Shown here in pieces: positions 1-12,812 of a DNA stretch of 64,000 nt (position 1 is its first letter; the number at the start of each line of letters is the position of its first letter). Origin of the DNA: Podarcis vaucheri. Lineage: Eukaryota. Location: the NCBI GenBank assembly GCA_965113315.1, contig OZ220368.1. One strand, given 5' to 3'. A program made the translations under genes and the position numbers. Under the pieces are notes generated by a model, which was not told the DNA's origin, did no database searches, and saw nothing but the letters and a program-made list of their open reading frames with translations.

Positions 1-320
1 TAAAGTCCAATTGTCCACAGGAAAAAGTCAGCGCTCTCCGGCAACAGCAATGCGGCTTGACTCCATGAAAAAAGCAGTCGATTCGAAGCACCGCACCACT
101 CACCCCACGTCGCTCTGGATCCCCAAAACCCGGTTTCCCCGTGAGTAGGGGAGGCGCGAAAGGTGCCAGCCGAATCCCACGTCCACAGGCTTCTCCCGCC
201 TGTGGTTTTTAATGGGTCCCCGCCTCGCCGTGGCGGTCCAGACCCTAGTTTCCAAGGAGCGGATTCCTCCCGATCAGAGGAAATCCGCCATTGCCGGAGG
301 CGCTAACCTGGAAGTCCCCG
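1..320 (-). mobile_element. Probable CpG-rich 5' end of a LINE (L1-like)
   Basis: CpG-rich block that ends abruptly near 320 and resembles lizard L1 5' UTRs. Recognised from memory only. Confidence 0.4.
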
Positions 321-2226
321 GAAAATTCTGATTCTAAACCTCTGGTGCCTCACGGCTATACTTATTTGCGAGACTTTGGGAGTAAACCCCGAGGAAAAAC
401 CTGAACCCACTGCCTTGTGGGACATCTTTGGGAGAAGAAAAGGCTAAGGAGTAAACCCTACACAAACCTGGAGTGGTGTCCCTAAGGCAGCTGGATGGTA
501 CCTTGCATGCCGCCTCCTAGCAACTCCTGCAGCCAAGCTGGTGCCAAACATTTTGCTCTGTTTTTCTTTGGACCACATCGAGACAGTCTTGTCATCTGGG
601 CAGCCCAGGACCTTCATACACACTGTCCAGGCTTGCACCCTGGACAAGTGGGATGGACAACCATAGCTGTGCTTAAGGCTACCAGCATCACAAGGAAAGG
701 GCAGATAGTAGCAGAAGCATTGTCATGCCTGCCAAGTAGGGTTGCCATATTCTGAAGACCAAAAAAAGAGGACACATTTGTCAACTTCTACTTTTAACTA
801 TGGATCACTATGACAAGTCTCATTTTATATACCTATGCTTGTTTAAAGTTGTTGCCTCCTAGTTTCCATCATCGGTTACCTTCATGCACTTTAAATATGT
901 GTAGAGAATCTAAATGATGCAACTGTGGATGATGTGCAGATTCCAGAACAGGCATGCATCACTCTAAAGCTTGATAAAATGAAATTTGGATAGGATAGCC
1001 TTATTACAAGAATGTGATGCTCCTATATTTGGTTTTAAAAATAAAACAGTGCTTGGTCATGTTCATATATTTATGTATTGGTTATTTCTTTATTTTCTAA
1101 GCTCACATCCATATCACACATTCAAAGCACTCTTATAACACTTTAACAGCCATGGCTTCCTCCAAAAATTCATGGGAACTGAAGTTTGTAAAGGGTACAA
1201 TTTACAGAGGTACCATTTACAGAGGTACAATTCCCAAACTTTACAGAGGTACAATTCCCAAACTGCTCTGAGTACTTACTCTAGAAGAGCAAAATATAAA
1301 CTACAAATAATTTGAAACAAGATGTTCTCTACTCAGTTTTCAAAGCCATTTGTGATTCACATGAAGCACCATTCCTAATAGATTTCATACGACCCTCTTT
1401 TAAAATCTAGTAATGCCAAAGAGATGAGCTTCAGAAAAAGCCAACCTTCCGTGTCCAACAGAGAAACTGTTTCAGTTTATCTTTTTTGGCACAAACATTA
1501 ATCTGACATGTGGGTGTGTGACCCACAATGGCAAGAAGATTAGTGCCGGTAACTGGTCACGAGTGCAATCATTGTCCAAAGAACCAATGAGTTGCAAAAA
1601 TGTGCTTAGCTTTAATTTGGCAAAAGTAATAAAAGCAATTGCTCTCAGTTCTCTCTTGATTTACCACCCAATAAATGTCACTAGATGAGTACCAATGTTT
1701 CCTACAGGGGAGGTCGGCTCTATAAAACACCAGCCTGGGCTGTAAAGCCATGCGGATCAATGTTTCCCAAAGGAAATGCAAGGGCAGAACCAACAATGAG
1801 TGGCGGGAACTGGGTGGGTGGGTTACGAGGCTGAGGGTCGGTGGTCAATGGGCATCAGGGGCAATTCTTATTTTTATTATTCTTATACAAATTTAGAGAC
1901 CGCTTCACAGCATAAAGCCATCAAAGTGATGTCCACGGTAAAAACAAGAGTACACAAGCTCTAAGAACAATAAAATCAGTTCAGCAAACTTCGAAACAAT
2001 AAAACGTTCCATACAAACACACGCAAAAACCAATGGGTGGAATCCAATGTCAAGCTACTGTGATTATTCCATCTACCCGAGCGTTTCAGCTAAACAGAAT
2101 GTGACATACTGAACAATCCCCACACATACACATATGCTGTTTTGGGGGTTCTTCTGAACTCCCCCCTCCAAGCCATTTTGGGGTTGGGGGCACAGGCTAA
2201 TACACTGCTCCCCTCCCCACATCCTA

Positions 2227-2255
2227 ACAACAACAACAACAACAACAACAACAAC
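2227..2255 (+). repeat. (AAC)n microsatellite
   Basis: Read directly. Confidence 0.95.
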
Positions 2256-4223
2256 CTCATGCAGACAGGAAATGTTGCCACATGTGTTCAGAATTGTATA
2301 CAGTAAATGAGATGACATTTGGATATCTTTTTTTTTTAGAAAAAGAAACCTGTTATGATCACTTTACTGGGAGCGGATGCAAGATAAAACCAAAGGCCTA
2401 TCTAGTCCAGCATCTTTTGTGTCCCAGAGTGGTTAACCAGGGGCTTCTGGGAATCCTGCACGCAGGAAACAAGGGCAATAGAATTCCCCCTGCTTGTGAT
2501 TCCTCAACAACTGGCAATTCGAAGAGTTACATCCCTACAGGTGCTCTCAGCGATGCCAGTGGGAAAACTAAGAACATGCCTTCTGACTGTAATCGCTGGG
2601 GGAACTGTAATAAATTCCGCAGTTCTATCCCACCAGACAATCCTCCCCCAAGTCATCTATAAAGAACTATTCTTCAAAGCTTGCGCCCAACATCAGTATT
2701 CAACAGTAATATTTCCTTTTAAGGCTGTGATGGGATTCGTTCTTCCACCTTCCTTTCTCCAGATCCATGCACAGCAGAAACAAACCTTCTTCTATGCAAA
2801 ACAGATTTTCAGTGCTGACAGTGGGTGAGGAGGGAGGCCATGCCAGAGCGCTTCTACAAATTTTATTGCAAATGCTCCAGTACTGTTTTCTTCTGCACTC
2901 ACAGCTGGCACTGTCTTAGCTGCTCTCCCCCACAGAGAGAAGGCATTTAAGCTGTTCATGTGCAGTCTCAGGCAAAGGCAGACGGGTGAGGAAATCCTCT
3001 AGAAGCCAGTTTGTCTTTCCATATTATTAAAAACAAAACAAAACACAAAACCTCTAAGGTGCATCTGACTATTATTCTGCCTTATTAAAAAGCATTTCTC
3101 TTTCATGAGGAAATACAGATTTTCTTTCACAGCTCCTTGCAAGCCGCCATCCCAAAGAAGATTGGCCTGTTTTCACTTGGGGAATAAAAGCCCAACTCTA
3201 AAAGAGCCATTTAACTGTGACCAGTTTCATAAGAGCTCACAGAACAAAGGAAAAGCCCTCGTCATATGGCCACTTCTCAGTACTGAGACTCCAGCAGATC
3301 AGTACATTCGCTTGTTCCCGAGACTGGTTTTTGTATAATTAGCAGCCTCCTTTTTTAATCCACAGAATGACCTAATGCATCAATACTTCAGAGGTTATAA
3401 AATGCATTCATTTGCATTCGGCTATTAACGCTAACACATACGACCTAAAGAACCATTAAGAATGCCTCCTCCCCAAGAATCTATGCAACAACAGGAAAAA
3501 ATGAGTAGGCTAAAAATATCCCTCCTCACATGTCCCTGAGCAACATTAATTCCTTCTGCTTTCACTCTCCACTGCTGTAGCCAAGGCAGAGCTCTTAATT
3601 TACATCCAAAAAGCAAGACTAATAATTTGCTTCGGAGACACAGAGAAGCGTTTGTCAAACTAGAGGAAAGCACAGATGATGAAAGGTATTGTTCAAAATG
3701 AGACTATAAATAGAGTTTAAATGGCCATCATAGCTCAGTACTGTTTATTGCATAGACACATACAGGCTGTAATTATTTTCTTAAAAACTGGAGAAACTTT
3801 TATCTTCACTCAAATAGGTCTGGCAAGATCACACTGTATCCACTGAAGGCAGATGCCATGACCATTTGCTTAGTAGTAACATCGGACCAGCAAGTCGTTG
3901 CATTGTCCCGCCAAGATGTGGAAGTGAATCTTACCCATATTTCTGCTGCTGAAAAGCAACTTGGAAGTGGGCCAGTAGTGGTGGCAAGATTCTTAGGCAT
4001 TTGGCAGGACAACACTAGCTTCTAAAGTGGCTTAATCCTATGAAATGCTACTATGTGATCCTATATCAGGTTGGTGGTGAAAAAGTTGCTTGGTACTAGT
4101 TGTTTTGACTCTTCTGCCATTGTTCTACCACTAACAGAAAATACTGAAGTATTTCTACTAGCATATAATCTCCATGCAATCTTAAAACAAATTGCAGAAT
4201 GTCCCCATGCCACACAGAATTGT

Positions 4224-4356
4224 AAAATCGTGGAGTTGGAAGGGATGCTGAGGATCATATAGTCCAAGACCCTGAAATGCAGGAATATGCAGCTGCCCAT
4301 ACGGGGATCGAACCTGCAACCTTAGAGCTGTCAACACCTGCTATAACCAACTGAGC
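4224..4356 (-). mobile_element. tRNA-derived squamate SINE with CR1-like tail
   Basis: B-box GGTTCGATCCC on the minus strand, plus a GTTGGAAGGGA...AGTCCAA CR1-type 3' end. Confidence 0.7.
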
Positions 4357-6237
4357 ATGCCACTGGAATCTTTGAGCTGAGTTCATCCTGATCCCTCATT
4401 TATGGAAACAGGAACCCTAGTCAGAGAAAACTGAGACACAGAATGTTATTGTTTATACCCCACTCATCTGACTGGGTTGCAATGAGCTGAGACCTACAGA
4501 ACCTGTACTACAGGCCATCTTCCTATGTTTTGAAATATAAAGAAGACTGAGACTGGCCAATGCAAGAGTTGAACTGATGAGAAGTTTAATTTTTATAAGT
4601 AAAAAACATTGAAAATGACAAAGTTGGGTTCTTAAACTTGCAGCACAAATTTGCAAATATTCCTTTGCTTTGCATTCTTTATTCTCACTCTGCTAGTTAT
4701 AGGAAAGGGGAAAGCACTTTTCTAGGCCTGCCCTACAAACACTAGGAATCCTATTCAGGGAAGTTCTCCCCATCCCACTAGCTATTGCCTTCAAACTTCT
4801 GAACAGATTTAAGAGCAGGGAAACCTTGCTTTTAATTTTAAAAAAATAAATTAAAAAGTAAGTTGAGATACAAGTGACAGCACTGTACCTACTCCTAATT
4901 TTTGCACACGTATGATACAGCTATAGGATCCACACCATAGCAGATGCTGCAAAGCTTGCCATGTGCCTGTCCCAAGGTTTATCACTGCAAGAGCTTTTAC
5001 TCTTCCTGTCACATGCAGAGAACCATTCTCAAAGTGGGTCAAACTAGGAGGAACTATTGCATAGATATCCCATTAGTTACACTTGAGAAGGCTTCAATAG
5101 CTAACTTCCAAACTTGGGTTTGGCCTGGTGGGTCAAAGTCTGAGACCCTCTGACCTATAGCTTTAAGCAAATGAATAATTTACCCAGACGTCTGTGAAAT
5201 CCATTGATTGCACATATGCGACTATAAGCCCGTGCACATCCTCTCACGCCCTTGATGCGTCATGAAGACATCATTCATCCATGCTATAGTTCCTGCCACA
5301 GGAAGCTCTACAGAACATTTCTGGGACACCAGCGGGCTGGAAGGGAACCCATCCCATCTTAATGTATTTGGAATCGGTCCAAACCACATCCTTCAACACC
5401 CCTGAACGTAATCTGCCGTGTGTAAAAGACACAAATTGCTGCAGTGAGACTTTTCTACAACCAAGCAGGACTGTTGTCTAACAGTCTGATCTGTTCATGA
5501 TTACTTGGAATGAGTGGTGCTTACTCCCAAGTAAGTACACAGAGCTACAGCCGAAGGCCTATTTTTATGACTAGCTTCTTATCAAAGTTGCTTATTTCTA
5601 TAAAAAGATTACCGGAAAGGAAGAGGTGAGATAACCAACAGACAGCCCAGAATGTGATTTAACTCTGAGCTCAAGGAAAACAAGCAGACTTTGTGCTTCA
5701 GTTGCAACTGCATTTTTTGTGCAACTTTAACACAAAACGAAGGGAGAATAAAAGTTAGTTACTTAAAAAAAAAAACCCTGAGCACCCTCAGGATCTGACC
5801 AGGCTATTGTTTGACTGTCAACACTTATGGTATGATTCCATCCCATTCAGAAAGGGAGTTCAAATAACATATGGAACCTTTTTATCATTATTGGGCTATC
5901 TATCTATCTATGAATTACACACACACACACAAAATACTATGAAATTTATATGTAAATGGTGAACATTCCCCTAAAATGCATGGTTTTTAATCTTTTTTTC
6001 TGGAGAATATTCATTCTCACACACATTTTTTGGGTAACTGAAACGGCATTGCAAAATCTGAAGAAGTGTGTGCTCTGGCTTGATAGCTATGTACATATAA
6101 AACTGGAACTGAATAATTTAAAATACCAACTGAAATAATTTTCTCCATCCCATGTTTCAGCAATATTCCCTAAGCCAATGTTTGTCTGCTTTCAGAACTC
6201 TGAACTCTGTTAATGACCACCACGTGTGTACATGTGT

Positions 6238-6240
<3 letters not shown>

Positions 6241-6271
<31 letters not shown>
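6241..6271 (+). repeat. (CA)n microsatellite
   Basis: Read directly. Confidence 0.95.
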
Positions 6272-6279
<8 letters not shown>

Positions 6280-6789
6280 GACTTGAGTGTTTCACACTCC
6301 ACTGCCTGGACTGTCCCTCTCTGCCTCCAAACTGGGAATGTTGAACATTTGAATACTTTCCATTATATGAAAATATGCAAACTCTCCCTGCAGTTAGAAG
6401 ACTAGCACATAACGAAGATGTTTGCTATGAGTGGAAAAAAGCAGGTATCTACAATCGCTTAAACACATACCCCATGCCAGATGTTTCAATTGGAGAAACA
6501 TTGAATGTTGTTGTTGCAGCAGCTTCCAAGTATGAGGCAGTAGCTTATCAGCCTGTAAGGCCTAGGACATTTTTTAAGGGCCTTTTACATGATGGCGTCA
6601 CAACATACGGAAAATGACTCCCTTCTAGAATTTCATTTATAGAAATAAAATATTCTAGAATTAATATTTATAGAAATAAAATATATCCCACAGTGGCTTA
6701 AAACATAAGACAAGCAATTGGAAACACTATAAAATATCAAAACTATACACTAATAATGTTCAGCAGAATTAAATCAGTATTTAGAACAA

Positions 6790-7870
6790 TTTCGATATGG
6801 GTTGAGTTCTGGCCATGGTCATTCTGATGGATGACCTTTACAGAGAGTAGGGCCAAGGGGAATGAGTGCAATCTTGCTCCTGCTTCTCAATCTTTCTGCA
6901 GCTTTCAATATCATTGACCAGGGGTTTTCAACCTTTTTGAGTCCACGGCTCCCTTGACCAACCACATTATTTCTGTGGGGAAACATGCTCTGAGCCCCAG
7001 AAGCCCTTGCCTGTAGAGCCAGCAGCCCCTCACCCCTTTTCAAACACCCTCCCTTGCGGAGTGTTCCCTTAGCCTCCTCTCCTCTCTCCTTGGGAGTCCT
7101 CTGGGTGGCTACCAACCCAGTCTCTGAGCTGCCCCCACCCCAAAGAGGGGTGCCTCCTCCCTGGCTAGCACCAGAGGCTTCATTTGCCTGGAGAGCTTGT
7201 AGCCAGGGCTGCTGCAACGAACAGCTGTGCATGCCTTTGGGAGGCAGAGACACAATGGGGCATCAGAGAAGGAAAGAGGGGCAGAGGCCCGTGTTGCCTA
7301 TGGCACCCTGACCGTCATTCAAGGCACCCCAGGGTGCTATGGCTCACTGGTTGCAAACCGCTGTCATTGACCATGTATCTTCCTGGACTGGCTCTGCGGG
7401 AAGGGAATTAGAGCGCTGTGTTACAGTGGCTCCAGTCCTGTCTACAGGACCAAGTCCAGAAAGCGTTAATAGGAGAGTGCTTTTTGACCCCCGGTCGAAA
7501 TGCTATGTGGTGTGGCTGTGATCTATTCAATCCCCAGTGCTATCTATCTGTGGAACTGGCACTATTACAGATGCCTCATAACACCTGTTCCACACCTGTA
7601 AGTCAATCTTTTAGTGTGGCAGCATCTACAACTTTGGAACCCCTTGCCTATTGACACCAGGCAGGTGTCTTTCCTGTATTCTTTTTGGTGCCTGCTTAAA
7701 ATATTTTGTTTTTGTTTTTTGTTCAAGCAAGCCATCCCAGACATGTAGAAGCTTACGTGTGTTTTTAGCTACTGTTGTTTTTAATCATCTTTTGACTAAA
7801 CTGTTTTTATCAATAATTTTAATGTTCTATTTTAAATTTTTGTAAAGCCATCAAATGGCATATAAAGCTT
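6790..7870 (+). mobile_element. Decayed L2/CR1-clade LINE fragment interrupted by a hAT MITE
   Basis: 6871-6918 plus 7372 onward read ILLLLLNLSAAFNIIDH, a degenerate RT motif (LILLDLSAAFDTIDH). L2-like 3' region near 7600-7870. Confidence 0.65.
6919..7363. mobile_element. hAT non-autonomous element
   Basis: TIRs CAGGGGTTTTCAACC / GGTTGCAAACCGCTG and a perfect 8-bp TSD TCATTGAC. Confidence 0.85.
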
Positions 7871-8309
7871 GTTTATATAAATATATAAACAAAATGTATT
7901 TTTAAAAAGAATAAACATAAAAACAAAATGTTCCCTTTTCCTGCATAGGTCAGTATTTGACTCTACTCAAAGTGCCCTGTTGCCAATGCAGTTTGTGGCA
8001 CTAGGGATCAAACTGCAGATGCAAGACCATGAATACTGGAATATAATCAAAAGAAAATGAAAAAGCCCTTAGTGACAGTGCTGATTAATTACCAAGGTCA
8101 CAAAGTGACCTTATCTACTTTCTACTTGTTTGATACAAGCACTCTAATTAGCTACCCCTTTTTTCCTTGAGAATCAAATCACCATAATACTGTGGAACAA
8201 TGAACCAGAGAAGAGATACACTTGCAATTATTGGCATTTACTAATAAGATAATGAATTTTAGCCTTTTTTTTTACAGGGACTTGGAAGTAATTAAATAAT
8301 ATTTCATAC

Positions 8310-8349
8310 CTTTACATACTCCATAGCTGGGTCCATAGCATTCTGATCT
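8310..8349 (-). CDS. BCAR3: BCAR3 coding exon 3 (40 nt, (R)DQNAMDPAMEYVK)
   Basis: Acceptor cttctcctttgcag, donor AAG|gtatga. The phase-2 start fits exon 2. The peptide matches human RDPHLLDPTVEYVK, which precedes FSKER and the SH2 region. Confidence 0.95.
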
Positions 8350-9107
8350 CTGCAAAGGAGAAGTACAGCAATGAGTACAAAGGCTTTGTCTGATTTAGAA
8401 CAAAATCAACATTTTTTTTGCTTTTTGGATCAAGTGGCATGAATAATGCAACACACTACACACACAAGTTGAAAGCTTAGGAACTGTAGAGCATCTGTTT
8501 ATTTATCTGCCATTGTTATAATTCACATACTATGTGCATCATGATCATGTTCATCTGATCGTATTCAAAGGCAGAATTAGAACCAGTTTACACAACCACT
8601 TTATACGATTGTTTACAATTCATGCTCACCTTAGAGAGATGATTATATGAGCAAGCCATGGTCAAATAGAAAAAAAATACTGAAGACTGCATCTCTCTCA
8701 TTTATATCTCTTTAAAAACCAGATGCAAGGAGGTGTGAAACTGCTCAAGTAAATGAACCCGTACTATCAAAAACACACATCAGAAAAATACAGATCTGTA
8801 CTGTGTTGTAATAATAAAGGGAAACCATCACAGAAGTAGTCTCTCTCACTTTGGGGAAGGGGCCATTTAAGTTGAATATATCCAAGAGGACCTTTAAATG
8901 TGTCTGATGATCAAGCTCTTCCCCAAGTGAAATAGAAATCACAGCTTTGGCACACATTCAGTTTGGATTGTCAAAATGTCAACACATATTGAAAATAAAC
9001 ACACAAAAGTAACTGAAGCCCTTTCTATGGATTTCTTAACTCGAAATAAGTAACTCCTGAGATAACACACGAGGAAGGCCTGGAAACGATGCAATAACGA
9101 ATTCTAT

Positions 9108-9238
9108 TTACAGGTAGATAGCCATGTTGGTCTGCTGTAGTTGAAACAAAATAAAAAAAAATCCTTCCAGTAGCACCTTAGAGCCCAACTAAGTTTGTTA
9201 TTGGTATGAGCTTTTGTGTGCATGCACACTTCTTCAGA
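9108..9238. mobile_element. Penelope-like element fragment
   Basis: CCAGTAGCACCTTAGAG..AACTAAGTTTGTT..GCATGCACACTTCTTCAG motif. A related copy lies at 50145-50305. Confidence 0.6.
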
Positions 9239-10653
9239 AATATAGAACGAATTCTATATTTGCTTTCAACTTACTGTGTTGACTATGGGTTTTATACAAA
9301 GCATGGGATGGTATTAGTTCTATTCAAACAAACAGTGAGCTATGCCAAAAGTTACAAATGAGATGTGGGCTGTACCCATGGTCTTAATTCTTCAGAACCA
9401 CAAGAACTAGAAATTAATTGCACACACAGGCTATCATTTTGCTGCATTTTCTACCACACATTTTATCACATATCTGCACTTGGAAGAGCAATAAAATCAT
9501 TCTTAACTCTTGGCAGTGAGATACAGATGATCAAGCTACTTCAAGGATAGGTTGTCCAAAGGAAGCTTGGCTTACTACAGTCATCCTGCCAAACAGTAAC
9601 AAAAGTATTATAACACACCCTTCCAACGGCAACTCAGTGCGCCACACCACAACATCTTGTGTTGTGAAAGTTCCATTTGGATGTTCAAATTAATCTATTC
9701 TGGAGTAAAAATGAAGACGGCCAGCTGTGAATGTGTTTGTTTGTCTAAGGCGGCAATGAAAGTAAATCCCACTGAAATCTGAGGGCCTTACTTTGCGGTA
9801 AACACATTTAGGACAGATTGTGCTGTATGACAAGCATCTTCTTAGAAGACGTCTGTTATGTTGAACTTCTGCTTGTAACTTGATATCCAAGTTCAAAAAA
9901 ATTTAATGGGCTGCAATTTACTTTCTCTGGAGCCAATTTGATAAGAAATTCTGTTTTCCAGTCTCTGCATTGTTTCAGAAAAGATTATTTTAAGCTCTCC
10001 AAAATCCAGAAGTCTATAAACTGAGGTCCAATATTCATGCTCATCTGAGTTAAATGACATGTGCACAGCTTCTGTCCTGGCTGGGATACAAAACTAAGGT
10101 AGCAGCAGAGTAGAGTAAGGTACCAGTTCAGAGTAGAAACAAAGACTGGACCAGATTAAATACAAATGTCTCCCATTTGCCCCATGTGTGGGCCCATACT
10201 GGGGAGCAAGAGCATGTTTCAGCTCCCTGTCCACCAGAGACGTAGGAAGGGGGGAATGGAGGGGGCGATCTGCCCCAGGTGCCACTCTGGGAGAGGTGAC
10301 AAGATGGCGCCTGCCACCCCCCAGCTTTAGAGCGGCCAAGGACGCCCACAGTCCATATGAGCGCCTCTCGCACGGCGACCATACGGGATGCCACACATGC
10401 GCATCCATACAGGCTGCGCCGTCCCGGGAGCCGGAAAGGGTTCGCCTGCCACTGCTGTCCACCCAGTGCACCTGACCCATCTTTGTTGTTCCTGAATGTC
10501 ACTGGATTGTATGCAAGTCTTATCCAAGAAAATAAAGAGAACCTGCTGGATCAGGCCAGTGGCCCATCTAGTCCAGGATCCTGTCCTCATAGTGGCCAGC
10601 TGGATACCCGTGGGAAACCCACAGGAGAGCTCTCTCGTCCTGCAGAACTGGTA

Positions 10654-10877
10654 CAGGGGTACCTCAGTTTACGAACTTAATCCCTTCCGGAAGTCCGTTC
10701 TTAAACCGAAACTGTGCTTAAAGCGAGGCGCATTTTCCCTAATGAGACCTCCCACGGTTTGGATTCCGTTCTTAGACCGAGGTACAGTTCTCAAACCGGG
10801 ACACTATTTCCGGTTTTGCGGAGTTTGTAAACCAAATCATTCTTAAACCGGGCTGTTCTTAAACCGAGGTACCACTG
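10654..10877. mobile_element. Tc1/mariner (Tigger-like) MITE nested in a CR1-type 3' fragment
   Basis: TIRs CAGGGGTACCTC / GAGGTACCACTG with TA TSD. It splits a CTGCTGGATCAGGCCA..CCCATCTAGTCCAG repeat (~10530-10945). Confidence 0.85.
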
Positions 10878-11097
10878 TATTCTGATGCACTGCTGCCTCA
10901 AACTTTGGAGGCAAAACATGACCATCATGATGAGTTCCCATTGATGGTTTCATGGAGGATAAGGCTATCCTCCAAAAAACTCCTTTAAGTTACTAATTTA
11001 CAGTACCATTTATTGTTGCAATGTTTTAATGAAATGATTTCTTGTCACGAAGCTCTATTTTGAGCTGTCCCCTGACATTTTCCCCTTTGAGAGGAAT

Positions 11098-11535
11098 TCA
11101 TGCATGTGTGCGTGTGTATCAGAATTGAAGATGGCCGAATCCACAAGGATGTGCTGTACAGGGAGATGGTTTCAGGCACCAGGCCCTTTGTCAGACCAAC
11201 TCTGTGTTACAAAGATGTCTGCAAATGTGACATGAAGGCTGGCAACGTCAACCCTGCCATGCAGGAAGCCCTTGAAGATGACCACAGCGCCTGAAGATGA
11301 TCAGTCAGGTTGTGTATCCACAGCGGTGACCAGAGGAGGAATGACCACTGGGAAGAGCGCAGAGAGAAGAAATCTCATGGTGCATCTGCATCTGCAAAAC
11401 TGGATGCCTTCATCAGCCCCAATTGCAAAGAAACATGTCTCTCCCATATCGGTCTCCACAGCCACAGAAGACGCTGTAATCTTCCAATGGTTTGACCTCA
11501 CAAAGGTACACTCCTCCATTGTTTCTCAGGACAGA
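11098..11535 (+). mobile_element. RTE-clade LINE 3' fragment
   Basis: Encodes RIEDGRIHKDVLYREMVSGTRPFVRPTLCYKDVCKCDMK, typical of the RTE ORF C-terminus, followed by a C2H2-like remnant. Confidence 0.8.
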
Positions 11536-11569
11536 TATATAGGTAGGTAGGTAGGCATCTAATATAAGC

Positions 11570-11706
11570 CAGGCTTCCTCAACCTCGGCCCTCCAGATGT
11601 TTTTGGCCTACAAGTCCCATTATCCCTAGGTAGCAGGACCAGTGGTCAGGAATGATGGGAATTGTAGTCTCAAAACATCTGGAGGGCTGAGTTTGAGGAA
11701 GCCCGA
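11570..11706. mobile_element. Short palindromic hAT-type MITE (URR1-like)
   Basis: Self-complementary CCCTCCAGATGTTTT...AAAACATCTGGAGGG. Confidence 0.7.
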
Positions 11707-12495
11707 TAATATGGTTTTTCATATTGACTTGCCATCTGTCTCCCCACCCCACAAACCAAAGACAGCTGGCTACAGGCTTGCGTACCTATGTGAAAACATT
11801 CCCAGAGCAGTGCCTCTTAAGGTTATCAGCTACAATCCCCCCCCCCAATTTATTTCTCTGCAAGCAACATATTAAAGAGACCAATAAAGAAAACAAACCG
11901 CCACTGTTACAGTCTCTTACCACCAATTCTAATTAGCCATGTTTATGGGGTCACCGGAGATAAATCAACAGGATTACAACTGTGCTCAAACACAGCTGCT
12001 CATTGAGACCTTGAGTATCAGTTGCAGTTGAAAGCTTGTTTCGCTGCCTTAATAAGCCATCTTTCATCCGGCATTATAAAAAGTTCCTAGTTAAAAGGGA
12101 TCTTAACTTTCTGTAAGAACCTACCTACATCACTACCACCCTGGGGTATCTTTTGCTGTTTGCTTACAGGCTGCTTTCTACTTGCATATATGATGAAATC
12201 AAGTAAGCCGTGGGGCTCACACAAGTGTAGAGTTTGCACTGTATGTTTGGCTTCCCAGTCATCAGATAAGTCTTATTTCCATGTCAACAAAAGAGCATTT
12301 GATGTAGAGAGGAGCTCATTAGCATTGGAAAGGAAAAGATGTTTTGTTCTTTAGAAGATAAGAGAACAATTATAACAAAAAGCAGCTTCTCAATTGAAGA
12401 ATAGCATCAAATTAGGAATTATTTGGGGTGACATCACAGACACTCAGAAACTGCACACTAGAGGCAAAACAACCCAGTGTTGCTTGCCTTTAGAG

Positions 12496-12812
12496 CAGGG
12501 ATCAGCAAACCTTCAGCAGGGGGCTGGTCCACTGTCCCTCAGACCTTGGGGGGGGGTGGACTATTTTTTTTTTGGGGGGGGATGAATTCCTATGCCCCAC
12601 AAATAACCCAGAGATGCATTTTAAATAAAAGCACACATTCTACTCATGTAAAAACACCAGGCAGGCTCCACAAATAAGCCAGAGATGCATTTTAAATAAA
12701 AGGACACATTCTACTCATGTAAAAACATGCTGATTCCTGGACTGTCCGTGGGCCGGATTTAGAAAGCGACTGGGCTGGATCTGGCCCCTGGGCCTTAGTT
12801 TGCCTACCCATG
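12496..12812 (+). mobile_element. hAT MITE (family A)
   Basis: TIRs CAGGGATCAGCAAAC / GTTTGCCTACCCATG and a perfect 8-bp TSD CTTTAGAG. Confidence 0.9.

Noticed and set aside
5184-5412. Exon-like segment in intron 3
   Set aside because: Stop codons in all three frames; no BCAR3 similarity.
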